Below, piece after piece: positions 33,515-44,595 of a stretch of DNA of 48,615 nucleotides. The DNA lies in assembly GCA_963766075.1 (NCBI GenBank), contig CAVYAN010000119.1, positions 1 to 48,615 on the forward strand, written 5' to 3'. The position numbers and the translations under genes were made by a program. Within the stretch, counting starts at the first letter, position 1. Each line of letters opens with the position of its first letter. The notes under the pieces are model-generated. The model searched no databases. It saw only the letters and a list, made by a program, of their open reading frames with translations, and was not told where the DNA came from. The stretch is from an uncultured cyanobacterium. Its GTDB lineage: Bacteria > Cyanobacteriota > Cyanobacteriia > Leptolyngbyales > Leptolyngbyaceae.

Positions 33515-36500
33515 ATGTTCACTCACGTCAAGCCCGCCGTCAGACACGTCGTACCCGAAACCCTGGGTGGACGTTCTCTGCTTAAGGTGGTCTATGTCGT
33601 GCTGGAGCCTCAGTATCAAAGCTCGATCTCCGCTGCGGTGCGCTCTATTAACCAGAACCACCCCCACCTGGCCGTTGAGATTAGTGGCTATTTGATTGAG
33701 GAACTCCGCGACGCGCAAAACTACGAAGACTTTAAGCGCGATATTGCTGAAGCCAATATTTTCATTGCCTCGCTGATTTTCCTAGAAGACCTGGCGGATA
33801 AAGTCGTAGCGGCTGTGGAGCCCTATCGCGATCGCCTGGATGTCTCCGTGGTCTTTCCCTCCATGCCCCAGGTGATGCGCCTCAACAAAATGGGCAGCTT
33901 CTCCCTGGCGCAAATTGGGCAATCCAAGAGCGTGATTTCCAGCTTTATGAAAAAGCGGAAGGAGAAATCCGGGGCTGGTTTCCAGGACGCGATGCTGAAG
34001 CTGTTGCGGACCCTGCCAACGGTGCTGAAGTATCTGCCGATTGAAAAGGCCCAGGATGCCCGCAACTTCATGCTCAGCTTCCAGTACTGGCTGGGGGGTA
34101 ATCCCGAAAACCTGGAAAACTTCCTGCTGATGCTGGCTGCCAAGTACGTCTACCAGGACAAAGGCATCTGGAATGATGCAGGCGAAGAGGGCAATCTGAA
34201 CTTTGTCGAGCCCCAGACCTACCCCGACATGGGCATTTGGCATCCCCTCGCGCCCACCATGTATGAGGACATGAAGGAGTACCTCAACTGGTTTAGTTCG
34301 CGGAAGGATATTCCGGAAGCGCAGCGCAATGGCGAGGCTCCTACCGTGGGGTTGGTGCTGCAACGGACCCACTTGGTGACGGGGGACGATGCCCACTATG
34401 TGGCCATGGTGTCGGAGCTGGAAGCCCTAGGTGCGCGGGTGATTCCCGTGTTTGCGGGCGGGTTGGATTTCTCGAAGCCGGTGGATGCCTACTACTACGA
34501 TCCGTTGGACTCGACCCAGCCCATTGTGGATGTGGTGATTTCTCTGACGGGCTTTGCCCTGGTGGGTGGTCCCGCGAAGCAAGACCATCCCAAGGCAGTG
34601 GAATCCCTGACGCGGCTGAACCGGCCCTATATGGTGGCGCTGCCGCTGGTGTTCCAAACCACGGAAGAGTGGCAAGATAGCGATTTGGGTCTGCACCCGA
34701 TTCAGGTGGCGTTGCAGATTGCCCTGCCGGAGCTGGATGGGGCGATCGAGCCGATTATTCTGTCCGGTCGGGATGGGGCGACGGGGCAATCGATTACTTT
34801 GCAAGACCGGGTGGAAGCGATCGCCCAGCGCGCCCTGAAGTGGGGCAACCTGCGTCGCAAGCCCAAAGCCGCCAAGAAGGTAGCGATTACGGTCTTCAGT
34901 TTCCCTCCGGACAAGGGGAACGTGGGCACGGCGGCGTACCTGGACGTGTTTGGCTCCATCTACAAGGTGATGGAAGCGCTGAAGGGCGATGGCTACGATA
35001 TTGCCGATATGCCCGAGTCGGCTGAGCAACTGATGCTGCAAGTGCTGCACAATGCTCAGGCTCAGTACAACAGCCCCGAACTCAACGTCGCCTACAAAAT
35101 GTCGGTGGCGGAGTACGAAAAGCTGACGCCCTACCAAGAGAAGCTGCATGAGTCCTGGGGACCGCCTCCCGGTCACCTGAACACCGACGGGCAAAACCTG
35201 CTGATCTACGGCAAGACCTTTGGCAATCTGTTCATTGGCGTGCAGCCCACCTTTGGCTACGAAGGCGACCCCATGCGGCTGCTGTTCTCCCGCTCCGCCA
35301 GTCCCCACCACGGCTTTGCGGCCTACTACACCTATCTGGAGAAAGTCTGGCAGGCGGATGCGGTGCTGCATTTTGGCACCCACGGCTCCCTGGAGTTTAT
35401 GCCCGGTAAGCAGATGGGCATGTCCGGGGATTGCTACCCCGATAGCCTGATCGGCACGATTCCCAACCTGTATTACTACGCGGCGAATAATCCCTCGGAA
35501 GCGACGATCGCCAAGCGCCGCAGCTACGCCGAAACCATCAGCTACCTGACGCCTCCGGCGGAAAATGCGGGGCTGTACAAAGGGCTGAAGGAACTGGGTG
35601 AGCTGATTGGCTCCTACCAAACCCTGAAGGACTCCGGGCGGGGCGTGCAGATCGTCGATACGATCATGGACAAGGCCCGCATTTGCAACCTGGACAAGGA
35701 TGTGAATCTGCCGGATCAGGACGCTAAGGACATGTCCCAGGAGGAGCGGGACACGATCGTCGGCAAGGTCTACATCAAGCTGATGGAGATTGAGTCGCGG
35801 CTGTTGCCCTGTGGGTTGCATGTGATTGGGAAGCCCCCGACCGCTGAAGAAGCGATCGCGACCTTGGTCAATATTGCCAGCCTGGATCGGGAAGAGGAAG
35901 GCATCCTGAGTTTGCCTCGGATGATTGCCGGTAGCGTCAACCGGAATATTGACGGTGTGTTTCAGGGGAGCGATCGCGGTGTTTTAGAAGACGTGCAGTT
36001 GCTCAACGACATCACCATGGCCGCGCGGGCGGCGGTGGGCGCGATGGTGCATGCCCAAATTGACGAGGAAGGGCGCGTTTCTAAAAAGACGATGTTCTCG
36101 AACCTGTTCAACTTTGGTGGCAAAAAAGAGCCCTGGGTGGAATCGCTGCACGAGTCTGGCTTCGTGAATGTCGATGCCGACGCCTTGAAGCCGTTGATGG
36201 AATATCTCCAGTTCTGCCTCAAGCAAGTCGTTGCGGATAATGAACTCGAGTCACTGCTGTTGGGCCTGGGTGGCAACTACATTTTGCCCGGACCCGGTGG
36301 CGACCCGATTCGCAATCCGGATGTGCTGCCCACAGGCAAAAACATGCACGCCTTGGATCCGCAGTCGATTCCAACGGCGGCGGCGGTGAAGTCTGCCAAG
36401 GTGGTTGTCGATCGCTTACTGGATCGGCAACGCCAGGAAAATGGCGGAGCCTATCCCGAAACCATCGCCTGCGTGCTGTGGGGCACGGATAACATCAAGA

Positions 36501-37522
36501 CCTACGGCGAATCTCTGGCGCAGATCCTCTGGATGATTGGCGTCAATCCTATGCCCGATTCCTTTGGGCGGGTGAACAAGCTGGAACTGATTCCCCTGGA
36601 GCAACTGGGTCGCCCCCGGATTGATGTGGTGGTCAACTGTTCTGGTGTGTTCCGCGATCTGTTCATCAACCAAATGGCGCTGCTCGATCGCGCCGTGAAA
36701 ATGGCGGCGGAAGCCGAGGAGCCGTTGGAAATGAACTTCATCCGCAAACACGCCCTGAAGCAGTCCGAAGACATGGGCATTAACCTGCGGCAAGCTGCGA
36801 CCCGCGTCTTCTCCAACGCCTCGGGTTCCTATTCTTCCAACATTAACCTGGCGGTGGAGAACGGCACCTGGGAAAGCGAAGAGGAACTGCAAAACATGTA
36901 CCTCTCCCGCAAGGGCTTTGCCTTCTCGTCGGACAACCCCGGCATGATGGAGCAGAACAATGACATCTTTAAGGCGGCGTTGAAGACGGCGGAAGTGACG
37001 TTCCAAAATCTGGATTCGTCTGAGATTTCCTTAACGGATGTCTCCCACTACTACGATTCTGATCCCACGAAGATTGTGTCGCAGTTGCGGAACGATGGCA
37101 AAACCGTGTCTTCCTACATGGCGGATACGACGACGGCGAATGCCCAAATCCGGACGCTGTCGGAAACGGTGCGGTTGGATGCTCGCACGAAGATGCTGAA
37201 TCCCAAGTGGTACGAAGGGATGCTGTCCCACGGCTACGAAGGGGTGCGGGAACTGTCGAAGCGGTTGGTGAATACCATGGGCTGGTCAGCGACGGCGGGT
37301 GCGGTGGATAACTGGATTTACGAGGACACGAATACCACGTTCTTTAAGGATGAGGAAATGTCGAGTCGCTTGATGAACATGAATCCTAATTCGTTCCGCA
37401 AGATGGTGACGACGCTGCTGGAGGCGAATGGGCGCGGCTACTGGGAAACCAGTGAGGAAAACCTCGAGAAGCTGCGGCAGTTGTATCAGGAAGTGGAAGA
37501 TCGGATTGAAGGGATTGATTAA
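33515..37522 (+). CDS. chlH: Magnesium chelatase subunit H
   Basis: 1335 aa; [26 protein letters not shown] and [12 protein letters not shown] motifs; AAGGAG RBS. Confidence 0.98.
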   Translation: MFTHVKPAVRHVVPETLGGRSLLKVVYVVLEPQYQSSISAAVRSINQNHPHLAVEISGYLIEELRDAQNYEDFKRDIAEANIFIASLIFLEDLADKVVAAVEPYRDRLDVSVVFPSMPQVMRLNKMGSFSLAQIGQSKSVISSFMKKRKEKSGAGFQDAMLKLLRTLPTVLKYLPIEKAQDARNFMLSFQYWLGGNPENLENFLLMLAAKYVYQDKGIWNDAGEEGNLNFVEPQTYPDMGIWHPLAPTMYEDMKEYLNWFSSRKDIPEAQRNGEAPTVGLVLQRTHLVTGDDAHYVAMVSELEALGARVIPVFAGGLDFSKPVDAYYYDPLDSTQPIVDVVISLTGFALVGGPAKQDHPKAVESLTRLNRPYMVALPLVFQTTEEWQDSDLGLHPIQVALQIALPELDGAIEPIILSGRDGATGQSITLQDRVEAIAQRALKWGNLRRKPKAAKKVAITVFSFPPDKGNVGTAAYLDVFGSIYKVMEALKGDGYDIADMPESAEQLMLQVLHNAQAQYNSPELNVAYKMSVAEYEKLTPYQEKLHESWGPPPGHLNTDGQNLLIYGKTFGNLFIGVQPTFGYEGDPMRLLFSRSASPHHGFAAYYTYLEKVWQADAVLHFGTHGSLEFMPGKQMGMSGDCYPDSLIGTIPNLYYYAANNPSEATIAKRRSYAETISYLTPPAENAGLYKGLKELGELIGSYQTLKDSGRGVQIVDTIMDKARICNLDKDVNLPDQDAKDMSQEERDTIVGKVYIKLMEIESRLLPCGLHVIGKPPTAEEAIATLVNIASLDREEEGILSLPRMIAGSVNRNIDGVFQGSDRGVLEDVQLLNDITMAARAAVGAMVHAQIDEEGRVSKKTMFSNLFNFGGKKEPWVESLHESGFVNVDADALKPLMEYLQFCLKQVVADNELESLLLGLGGNYILPGPGGDPIRNPDVLPTGKNMHALDPQSIPTAAAVKSAKVVVDRLLDRQRQENGGAYPETIACVLWGTDNIKTYGESLAQILWMIGVNPMPDSFGRVNKLELIPLEQLGRPRIDVVVNCSGVFRDLFINQMALLDRAVKMAAEAEEPLEMNFIRKHALKQSEDMGINLRQAATRVFSNASGSYSSNINLAVENGTWESEEELQNMYLSRKGFAFSSDNPGMMEQNNDIFKAALKTAEVTFQNLDSSEISLTDVSHYYDSDPTKIVSQLRNDGKTVSSYMADTTTANAQIRTLSETVRLDARTKMLNPKWYEGMLSHGYEGVRELSKRLVNTMGWSATAGAVDNWIYEDTNTTFFKDEEMSSRLMNMNPNSFRKMVTTLLEANGRGYWETSEENLEKLRQLYQEVEDRIEGID

Positions 37523-37560
37523 TCCTGCCTGCCAAGGGCCGCTTAATCGTTAGCCTCTCA

Positions 37561-37592
37561 GATGCCGGGGATTTCTAAAAATCCCCGGCATC
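37561..37592 (+). terminator. chlH terminator
   Basis: GATGCCGGGGATTT / AAATCCCCGGCATC followed by TTTG. Confidence 0.8.
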
Positions 37593-37742
37593 TTTGCTTG
37601 TGGAGGCTGTGGGTTGTGTGAGCGAACTCTTGGTGCGTAGCTTTTGCGGTCTTGGGGGTTGTGTAGATTTCAGGGTTAGGCTGATCACAGTGAGGAGAGA
37701 GATCGCGGCTATAATCGAAAAACACCCGTCGCAACACGTTCT

Positions 37743-37970
37743 ATGAGCCAGACCCTCTCACTTCAAGCTGTGATTGAATCCGTAGAAGCTCTTTCAGACG
37801 AGGAGCAAGATTTACTGTTTCAACTGGTGCAAAAACGGCGCATTGCGAAACGGCGGCAGGAAATTGCCCACAATGCGACGGAGACACTTGCGGCTGTTAC
37901 CGCAGGAACCGCTAAAGCTGGCTCTGCACATGACTTGATGCTAGATGTTTTAGGCGAGGACGCATCATGA
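37743..37970 (+). CDS. Putative antitoxin
   Basis: 75 aa, VIESVEALSDEEQDLL, directly upstream of a RelE-like toxin. Confidence 0.7.
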   Translation: MSQTLSLQAVIESVEALSDEEQDLLFQLVQKRRIAKRRQEIAHNATETLAAVTAGTAKAGSAHDLMLDVLGEDAS

Positions 37971-37997
37971 GCAATTGCGAAATGATTAAGATTTTCT

Positions 37998-38271
37998 ATG
38001 AGAACACTAATTTGGGATGAGAGCTTTCGACGTGCCCTCAAGAAATCGCTGAAAAAACGCCCCCAATTACAGGAAAAAATCGCCGATATTCTCAACCTGT
38101 TGGCAATTGATCCATTTACGCCAGCCTTGAAAACCCATCAAACTCCAAGGCGAACTCAAGGGGCTCTGGGCATGTTCCGTTGAGTATGATTGTCGAGTGA
38201 TCTTTGCGTTTAACCCTGGAGACGATGCGATCATCCTGATCGATATTGGTTCTCACGATGAAGTGTACTAA
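37998..38271 (+). CDS. RelE/YafQ-family mRNA interferase toxin; 1-nt insertion near 38139
   Basis: Removing one base gives ..LKTH-x-LQGELKGLWACSVEYDCRVIF..IDIGSHDEVY*, 90 aa. Confidence 0.85.
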
Positions 38272-38514
38272 TCCTGTGAAACCATTGGCTATGGCAGAAT
38301 CCGCTCTGAAAACGGGGCGCGATCGCGTTATCCCTGCTTTTTAGGTTGTGCGGAAAGACAGGCGCGACACTAGAACTAGGCGAGTTAGTAGTAGTCCTAT
38401 GCAAACGATTCCAAAAAATACGGCACAACAGGCCCAAAATGCGATCGTCCCTTCCCATGACGACGATCGCCCCGGCAGGATTGGTTCAAGGTCGAGTGTT
38501 TTTTGTAATCTGTT

Positions 38515-38928
38515 TTAACTCTTGAGTAACGCTCGAAAGCCTGCTTGATTAAAATGGTCATCGGTCGTCAGTGCCTCAGAAATACCACGCTCTTGCATGA
38601 CAACGAATGATACACAATCAATGAGTCCCCACTGTTTATCGAGACGATTTCTAAATAGGTTGAAAGCGGCGTTGTAAAGGTCGCTGGATAATGGAACGAT
38701 CGCGACGTTGGGATCAGATACCAGTGATTCGAGGAGTTGAACCGCTGCAACTCGATATCGTTGTTTAGAGAGGGCATTGCCAATCTCTAATAGGATTGCT
38801 TGGGTGGTCACCAGGCGGGTGCCATTCTCTTCCAATTGATTGGCCAGGTCAACGGCCTGTGCGTGGCTCTGGTCAGTGCTGGCAGACAGCGCAATGGCAA
38901 ACGATGTGTCCAGAAAGACTTCAGTCAT
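38515..38928 (-). CDS. vapC: VapC PIN-domain toxin
   Basis: VFLDTSFAIA, ILLEIGN, GLIDCVSF and LTTDDHFNQAGF motifs. Confidence 0.92.
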   Translation of the reverse strand: MTEVFLDTSFAIALSASTDQSHAQAVDLANQLEENGTRLVTTQAILLEIGNALSKQRYRVAAVQLLESLVSDPNVAIVPLSSDLYNAAFNLFRNRLDKQWGLIDCVSFVVMQERGISEALTTDDHFNQAGFRALLKS

Positions 38929-39157
38929 TTTCCTGAGCCGCGTCACCGTACAAGTCGTGATCTAAATTTGCTGACCAATCGGGAGCGCCTTGCAGATGCA
39001 GCGATTTGGCAGTCTGAAGAAATGATTTTGGGGGAGTTGGTATTGCTGGCGATCCGCTTTCAACGGTGATTCGGACTCGTGTGCCAGCTTCTAGGTCTAA
39101 AGGTGCTGTTGGATGAAACGTGCTGCCATCAAAAACCGCTTCGACAATTTGAATCAT
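38921..39157 (-). CDS. AF2212/DUF104-type antitoxin
   Basis: IVEAVFDGSTFHPTAPLDLEAGTRVRITV; ATGACTGA overlap with vapC. Confidence 0.85.
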   Translation of the reverse strand: MIQIVEAVFDGSTFHPTAPLDLEAGTRVRITVESGSPAIPTPPKSFLQTAKSLHLQGAPDWSANLDHDLYGDAAQEND

Positions 39158-39310
39158 GGCTTTTCCGATCCCTGCAATGCTTTTAGTATATCCGTTGACT
39201 GCGGTCTCAACTGCGATCGCCCTGGCATAGCTGAATCCCCGCGATCGCCCCTTCCCTTCAAAACGACGATCGCCCCGGCATGATTGCTCAAGGGCGATCG
39301 CGGGGGCCAG

Positions 39311-39375
39311 AGAAACCGGGGTTCTGTTAGGAATTGGCGCGATCGCCCAGCACTTTTGCGAGAACCCCGGTTTCT
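39311..39375. repeat. Miniature inverted-repeat element
   Basis: Perfect 15-bp IR AGAAACCGGGGTTCT / AGAACCCCGGTTTCT around a 35-nt spacer containing HIP1. Confidence 0.8.
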
Positions 39376-39611
39376 GGCTCACCTTGTACCAGGTATCGGA
39401 TGGCTGAAACAATGATTCCACCGTAGAGAGAGAACCAGAAATAAATCTTTATGAAAGGCTGAAACGCTTATCTGTTAAAGTCTACAAGTCGCAGCGCGAG
39501 AGAAGAGACACCCACCTCCCCCGCCCAACCTACAACTATCGCATACAGAATCATGCATTGCCCCTAGGGATGATCTAGGTTTGATGTTGGCTAACTGGGG
39601 GCGCGATCGCC

Positions 39612-39830
39612 TTAAATCTCTTCCCATTGTTGACGAGTGATGCCAGCTTGATTGAGGATCTCCAGCAGAAATTCTGTGCTGATGTCTCCCGCGTGAGGAT
39701 TGGGAAGGGTCAAGCGTCTTTTTTCTTTCAACATAAACTGATGACGTTTGCCGACGTAGGGACCGTCGAAACCGAGTTTTCGCAGTCCGCGAATGAGATC
39801 GCGGCGCTTGATGGGACCAATGGCGGGCAC
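39612..39830 (-). CDS. hicA: HicA-family toxin
   Basis: LRKLGFDGPYVGKRHQFM..LTLPNPH. Confidence 0.88.
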   Translation of the reverse strand: MPAIGPIKRRDLIRGLRKLGFDGPYVGKRHQFMLKEKRRLTLPNPHAGDISTEFLLEILNQAGITRQQWEEI

Positions 39831-40076
39831 TTAGGCGACGTCCTCCACCTCAAAGTTCAGAGAAATACCATCAAGGATGGGGAGTTCGTGACCGAGCCGA
39901 AGCCCCAGTAAGGCCCATTCTTCTAGGGTCTCCACTAGTTCGTGTTCACAATCTGTCTGAGTTGGAGCAACAGCCCACAGTCCTTCAAAACCTGGTATTT
40001 CGCCCCAAACCTCTTCGGTTTCGAGGCTTTTATACACGGCTCGTTGCATGGCGGCGGTGATGTAGTCGGCTAGCAT
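39831..40076 (-). CDS. hicB: HicB-family antitoxin (hicB-hicA order)
   Basis: YITAAM..WGEIPGFEGLWA..LEEW..LP; abuts hicA. Confidence 0.88.
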   Translation of the reverse strand: MLADYITAAMQRAVYKSLETEEVWGEIPGFEGLWAVAPTQTDCEHELVETLEEWALLGLRLGHELPILDGISLNFEVEDVA

Positions 40077-40319
40077 GGCTTTAACGGGTGATGTTACCTT
40101 TCATTATCACCTATGGCGATCGCGCTAAAGGCAATCCAGTGGCTCTTAGGGCGATATTGTTCTCAGCCTCGGGTACTTGGAATTTGAATCGGCGGACAAT
40201 ACACGTAGACAACCACTAACGTATTGTTTGTGAATTTTCGATAATACCGAGGTATTACGGTAGTCTTTTACGAAAATTTAACGATAAAAGAGATGAAGTA
40301 ATCTAAAAACTTGAATTTT

Positions 40320-40979
40320 ATGAGTTCAGCCAGTGCAATTGAGGGTGGTGATGGCAGTAGCAATCTCATGCGATCAACTCTTAAGTGGATAGCTGATGCT
40401 GGGATTAATGGGTTAGGGGTTTTGCCACCTGCGGCAGAAGTTGCGGCGGACCATTTGAGTAAAGCTGCTAGTGTCGAGGATGCTATTGATTCAGTGATTG
40501 CATGGAGAACCACATATGCTGCTGGTTCAGGTTTTATTACTGGGCTAGGTGGCATTGCGGCAATGCCCATCACCATTCCAGCAGGTTTAGCCGCATCCTA
40601 CGCGCTGGGAGCTAATACTGCTGCGGCAATCGCTTATCTGCGTGGATATGACATTCATTCTGAACAGGTCAGAACAATGGTTCTGTTATGCCTCATTGGT
40701 GAAGCTGGGGAAGAAATCCTTAAATCCGCCGGCATCACGATTGGCACCAAGCTATGCCAGAACCTGATCAATAAAATTCCAGGTAGGATTTTGATTGAAA
40801 TTAATAAAAAAATCGGCTTTCGATTGGTCACAAAAGCGGGTGAGAAAGGTGTAGTCAATCTTATGAAAATGGTGCCTCTAGTAGGAGGGATCGTTGGAGG
40901 TACTTTTGATAGTATATTTGTAAATAGCTGTGGAAAAACCGCAAAAAAAGTATTTAAAGTATTTGCTGAAGAGCGCTAG
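40320..40979 (+). CDS. EcsC-family protein
   Basis: GFITGLGG..PITIPA, AAIAYLRGYD, INKKIGFRLVTK.GEKGVVNL.KMVPLVGGIVGG. Confidence 0.85.
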   Translation: MSSASAIEGGDGSSNLMRSTLKWIADAGINGLGVLPPAAEVAADHLSKAASVEDAIDSVIAWRTTYAAGSGFITGLGGIAAMPITIPAGLAASYALGANTAAAIAYLRGYDIHSEQVRTMVLLCLIGEAGEEILKSAGITIGTKLCQNLINKIPGRILIEINKKIGFRLVTKAGEKGVVNLMKMVPLVGGIVGGTFDSIFVNSCGKTAKKVFKVFAEER

Positions 40980-41089
40980 GAAGATAAAAATCTGACCTAA
41001 GCATACTGTTAAGACAATTTCTATCATCCTGAACGAGTATTGGCATAATTATTGATTTAGAAGTTCCCAATGACCTGAGAGGTCAGTTA

Positions 41090-42955
41090 ATGACGAATAA
41101 CGCAGCTGTCTCAAACTTTATGAAAAGAGTGCTGTTGTTTCTCTTGATGTTTTGCTTGATGCTGAATTCTATAAGCATTGGTGCTAGTGAAGCTTACGCG
41201 TCTGGAATTAATGACAGTACGTTGCCTCAGTGTGAGGGCATTAACGAGGCTGTGCTACGTACTGAGCTAAACAAAGTGATAGAGAAGTTTCTATCCACTG
41301 AGACAGAGTCCGATTTTGGCGCAATTATAAATCGGCAATGGCGCATACTGGATATGGATTCAGTGTTTGACTCTCAAGTTGACGATGCGATTAGCACAGT
41401 GAACAGTAATGCTGACTTGATGAATAAGTTTAAAAGTAGTTGGATACCTACTAAGGCCGGAGAGTTGGCTGGTAAGGTTACCGAGATTGCCTTCAATTCG
41501 CCAGTGTTAAATAGCAAACTTGATCAGTTATCCAAAAATGTTGCTGACGAGCTTGCGAGTAAATTGGAGCTTATTTCTGCTAAATCTTCATCCCACGCGA
41601 TGGACTGTCTCCAACACTTTATCAATCGTCAATACTCGCAAACGTTTGTTGATGTGTTTGGTAAGAAGATACAAAGTTCGTCTCCAGACCTAAGCTTCTT
41701 ACCAGAACCTTTTGATACTGATACCCAAAATTTTATAGGAGAGCACAAATTTGCATTTGGTGGCGCTGCTGTTTTTGTTGTATCTAGAGTTACTAGAAAA
41801 CTCGTCATCCAAAAAATTATCGAGCGAATTACTCAACAAGTTCTTGAAAGAATTGCTGGGCGTATAAGTACAAATGTCATTCCGATTATCGGTGAGATTA
41901 TCGGTGGGGTCTTACTAGCTAGTGATTTGATTAAAAGTTTTGATGGAGCTTTGCCAGAAATCCAAAAATCTCTTAAAATGCCAACAGTCAAACAGACATT
42001 CAGGGAAGAAATTACTACCAAAGTAAAGGGAGAATTTCGAGAAGAATCATCTCAGATTGCGCGTGAAATTTCTAACGGAATTTATGCTTACTGGTTAGAA
42101 TTCCAAAAAGATTATCGTGATGTATTAACTCTTGCTAAGGAACTGCCTGAGTTTCAAAGAATTCTATCTACAACGCCTGATTTGTCAAAAATATCCTCAT
42201 TAGTGGGGATTGCACTTAATAACATGGGGCGGATTCAATTAGTCTCATCTATTAAAGATGGTTCATTTGAAAGAGCACTCTCCCTCCCAGAGATCACATT
42301 CAAGATTCTTAATACCACTCATAGTCTGCCTATTTTGATTGAATGGACAAATTTGGCAGGTAATGAAATAGAAGATGTAGTGAAGCTAGAGCTTTACAAA
42401 AACTTATCTCCAGAAAAATTAGATCGCCAGTTGTTAATGGATATTTTATCGCTAAAAGACACCTCAGTAGTTGCAAAAATTTCATTATTAGATATTGAAT
42501 CGATTCGTAGGCTGCTGGCGATATCAAAGCCAAACTTGCTGACACTTTCTACTGATTTTTCAGCATCAGATTTAAAGCAATTGGCAGGTTATCTTGGAGG
42601 ATTAGAGCAGTTTGAAATGAATGAATTCGTAAGATTTTTTCTCGACAATCCTACTTCAATTAGAAATAGCCGCGTTATTGAGTACATCATCCAAAGCCGT
42701 GATATTCAATCTGCAATTGAATTCTGGAATGCGAAAGCAGATCCTTCTTCATTGTTCCATGGTGCGTTAAAGATGTATACAAGAGCTATCTCGCGGTATT
42801 TGTTCATTAGTAAATTTGGAATTTGGGTAATGATTCTGTTTGTCGGCCTACCTATTGTTTTTCTATTGGCGATAAGTTTATGGTTTTGTCGGAAATTACT
42901 CAAAATATTTCAAGCGTGGAAATCGTTGGAAACTAGTACTAAGCCAGAGTCATAA
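41090..42955 (+). CDS. Large hypothetical membrane-anchored protein (621 aa)
   Basis: N-terminal signal/TM, central hydrophobic pair of segments, C-terminal TM. Confidence 0.8.
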   Translation: MTNNAAVSNFMKRVLLFLLMFCLMLNSISIGASEAYASGINDSTLPQCEGINEAVLRTELNKVIEKFLSTETESDFGAIINRQWRILDMDSVFDSQVDDAISTVNSNADLMNKFKSSWIPTKAGELAGKVTEIAFNSPVLNSKLDQLSKNVADELASKLELISAKSSSHAMDCLQHFINRQYSQTFVDVFGKKIQSSSPDLSFLPEPFDTDTQNFIGEHKFAFGGAAVFVVSRVTRKLVIQKIIERITQQVLERIAGRISTNVIPIIGEIIGGVLLASDLIKSFDGALPEIQKSLKMPTVKQTFREEITTKVKGEFREESSQIAREISNGIYAYWLEFQKDYRDVLTLAKELPEFQRILSTTPDLSKISSLVGIALNNMGRIQLVSSIKDGSFERALSLPEITFKILNTTHSLPILIEWTNLAGNEIEDVVKLELYKNLSPEKLDRQLLMDILSLKDTSVVAKISLLDIESIRRLLAISKPNLLTLSTDFSASDLKQLAGYLGGLEQFEMNEFVRFFLDNPTSIRNSRVIEYIIQSRDIQSAIEFWNAKADPSSLFHGALKMYTRAISRYLFISKFGIWVMILFVGLPIVFLLAISLWFCRKLLKIFQAWKSLETSTKPES

Positions 42956-42956
42956 G

Positions 42957-43274
42957 GTGAATCGAATGTTGATAAGTTTAGATCATTTGCAAGAGCCTCA
43001 AGTCGAGGTTGGCGAGTTGTTGACAGTGGTGGTGGTGAAAGCAGCAAACGTTTTGAAGGACATTCAGTCAGGCGTTCGAGATTTGGTTGGTGGTCGAGTA
43101 AAGCATTATGAAAATCTGATTCAAGATGCTGTAGATACTGCATTGAAAGAGCTGGAGCAAAAAGCCAAAGAGCGTGGTTATGATGGGGTGATAGGTTTGA
43201 AAATTTCTAATCCAATGGTTATGAATGGAGGCGTTGAGGTGGTTATATATGGAAATGGTTATAGGAAGAAGTGA
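42957..43274 (+). CDS. YbjQ/UPF0145-family protein
   Basis: [20 protein letters not shown]...G.DGVIGL; starts 1 nt after the upstream stop. Confidence 0.85.
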   Translation: MNRMLISLDHLQEPQVEVGELLTVVVVKAANVLKDIQSGVRDLVGGRVKHYENLIQDAVDTALKELEQKAKERGYDGVIGLKISNPMVMNGGVEVVIYGNGYRKK

Positions 43275-43499
43275 TTTTTCTCGTTGGCAATGGTCTTATC
43301 TCTTAATTTTCTACATTTTAGAGAGTGATCGACGATCTCCCGTAGGTTGGGTTGAAGGCTGTTAAGCTTTCTCGTAACCCATCAGCCCAGGCGATAACGT
43401 TCATTGACTCTGGCGTTGTGCGATCGCAATTCTGAACCATTGAGTCGCGAGATCGCCTTTACAGCCAACATTCAAATCCGCGATCGCGCTAGGGAGAAC

Positions 43500-43625
43500 A
43501 GCGATGGTCTCCGACCGACCGGAGGCATCGCCCACCAACCACGTCTCCAAATCGGCCAACCCCGCAAAATCCAACAACGCTTCACCCAGCGATTCCAACT
43601 GGAGCTAATCGATGGCGAGGCGCTT
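43500..43625 (-). pseudogene. DUF4351-like C-terminal remnant (boundaries approximate)
   Basis: LESLGEALLDFAGLADLETWL preceded by an in-frame stop; no N-terminal part. Confidence 0.65.
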
Positions 43626-43979
43626 CGGCAACGCTACGCGAACGGTGACGTAATAAGGCGAGACGATAGTTGAGAAACTGCCCCAGTGCAGCACTGCTTG
43701 ATGAAACAGGTCTTTTGCTGCCATGGGGCGTCCTGAGCGCGATCGCTTTCCGGTAAAGCGGGGCTCTCTATTTTACGGACAGAACCCTCATTTTCCTCTT
43801 CTGATTCTCCTGCGATCGCTCCTGAGCGAGTAGCATCCGGCTGAGCTGGCAACCAGCATCCCTACAATTTGGGGGTATTTAATTTTCATTCCTTAATGTT
43901 TTGCGAGATGTTGCGAGATCGCATCGGCAATCTGCGGCAGCGTTTCCAGGCGAGTTCCCGGATAACGATGATTTCCAGG

Positions 43980-44249
43980 CACCGCGCGCTCGCCGAGATG
44001 TTGCAGGCGCGCGATCCCATGGAACGTTTGCGCAACATTGCCAGCCGCATTCTCGGCCAGACGGTTCGCGTCTGTGTTAAGCTGGAAGCCGTACCGAGTG
44101 GGAGCGAGGGAGCTGCGACGCGATCCTCCGGCACTCGTGAATTGCGCGCAAAGTTCGAGCAAGATCCGATCGTGCGCGCGATGATGGAACGGTTCGGCGG
44201 CCAAATTTCCGACGTCAAGCGCCGAGGCGAGGGTAGACCATGGAAGTAA
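43980..44249 (+). CDS. dnaX: DNA polymerase III gamma/tau, extreme C-terminus (5' part missing)
   Basis: FEQDPIVRAMMERFGGQISDV motif; position before ybaB-recR. Confidence 0.65.
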   Translation, partial: HRALAEMLQARDPMERLRNIASRILGQTVRVCVKLEAVPSGSEGAATRSSGTRELRAKFEQDPIVRAMMERFGGQISDVKRRGEGRPWK

Positions 44250-44565
44250 AAGCACTGCAGCAGATTCTCTCGCAGTTTCGCCAATGCAGGAGAACCTGCA
44301 GAAGCAGGTCGAAACCGTGCACGTGGAAGCGTCGGCGGGCGGCGGCATGGTCACCGTCAAGATGAACGGCCAGAAGCAGGTCACCGAACTTCGCATGGAC
44401 CCGGAAGTGTTTGCCGGAAAAGATTCGGAATTGTTGCAGGACTTGATCCGCGCCGCAGTCAACGAAGCGGGGCGCCGCGTGGACGAGGAACTCACCAGCC
44501 AGATGAAAAACCTGACCGGCGGCATTCCCGGATTGGCTGGACTGAAAATTCCCGGCCTGTTTTAA
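44240..44565 (+). CDS. ybaB: YbaB/EbfC nucleoid-associated protein; 1-nt deletion near 44283
   Basis: VEASAGGGMVTVKMNG..LLQDLIRAAVNEA; upstream ATG 44240 (MEVKALQQILSQFRQ) is out of frame by one base. Confidence 0.9.
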
Positions 44566-44595
44566 TTCTTAATTCCACCGAATGCAACCGAATGC

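Noticed and set aside
40236..40264. dif/pdif-like Xer site at the island edge
   Set aside because: The TAA-to-TTA spacing is 10 nt instead of 6 and the XerD arm TTATGTTAAAT is not matched
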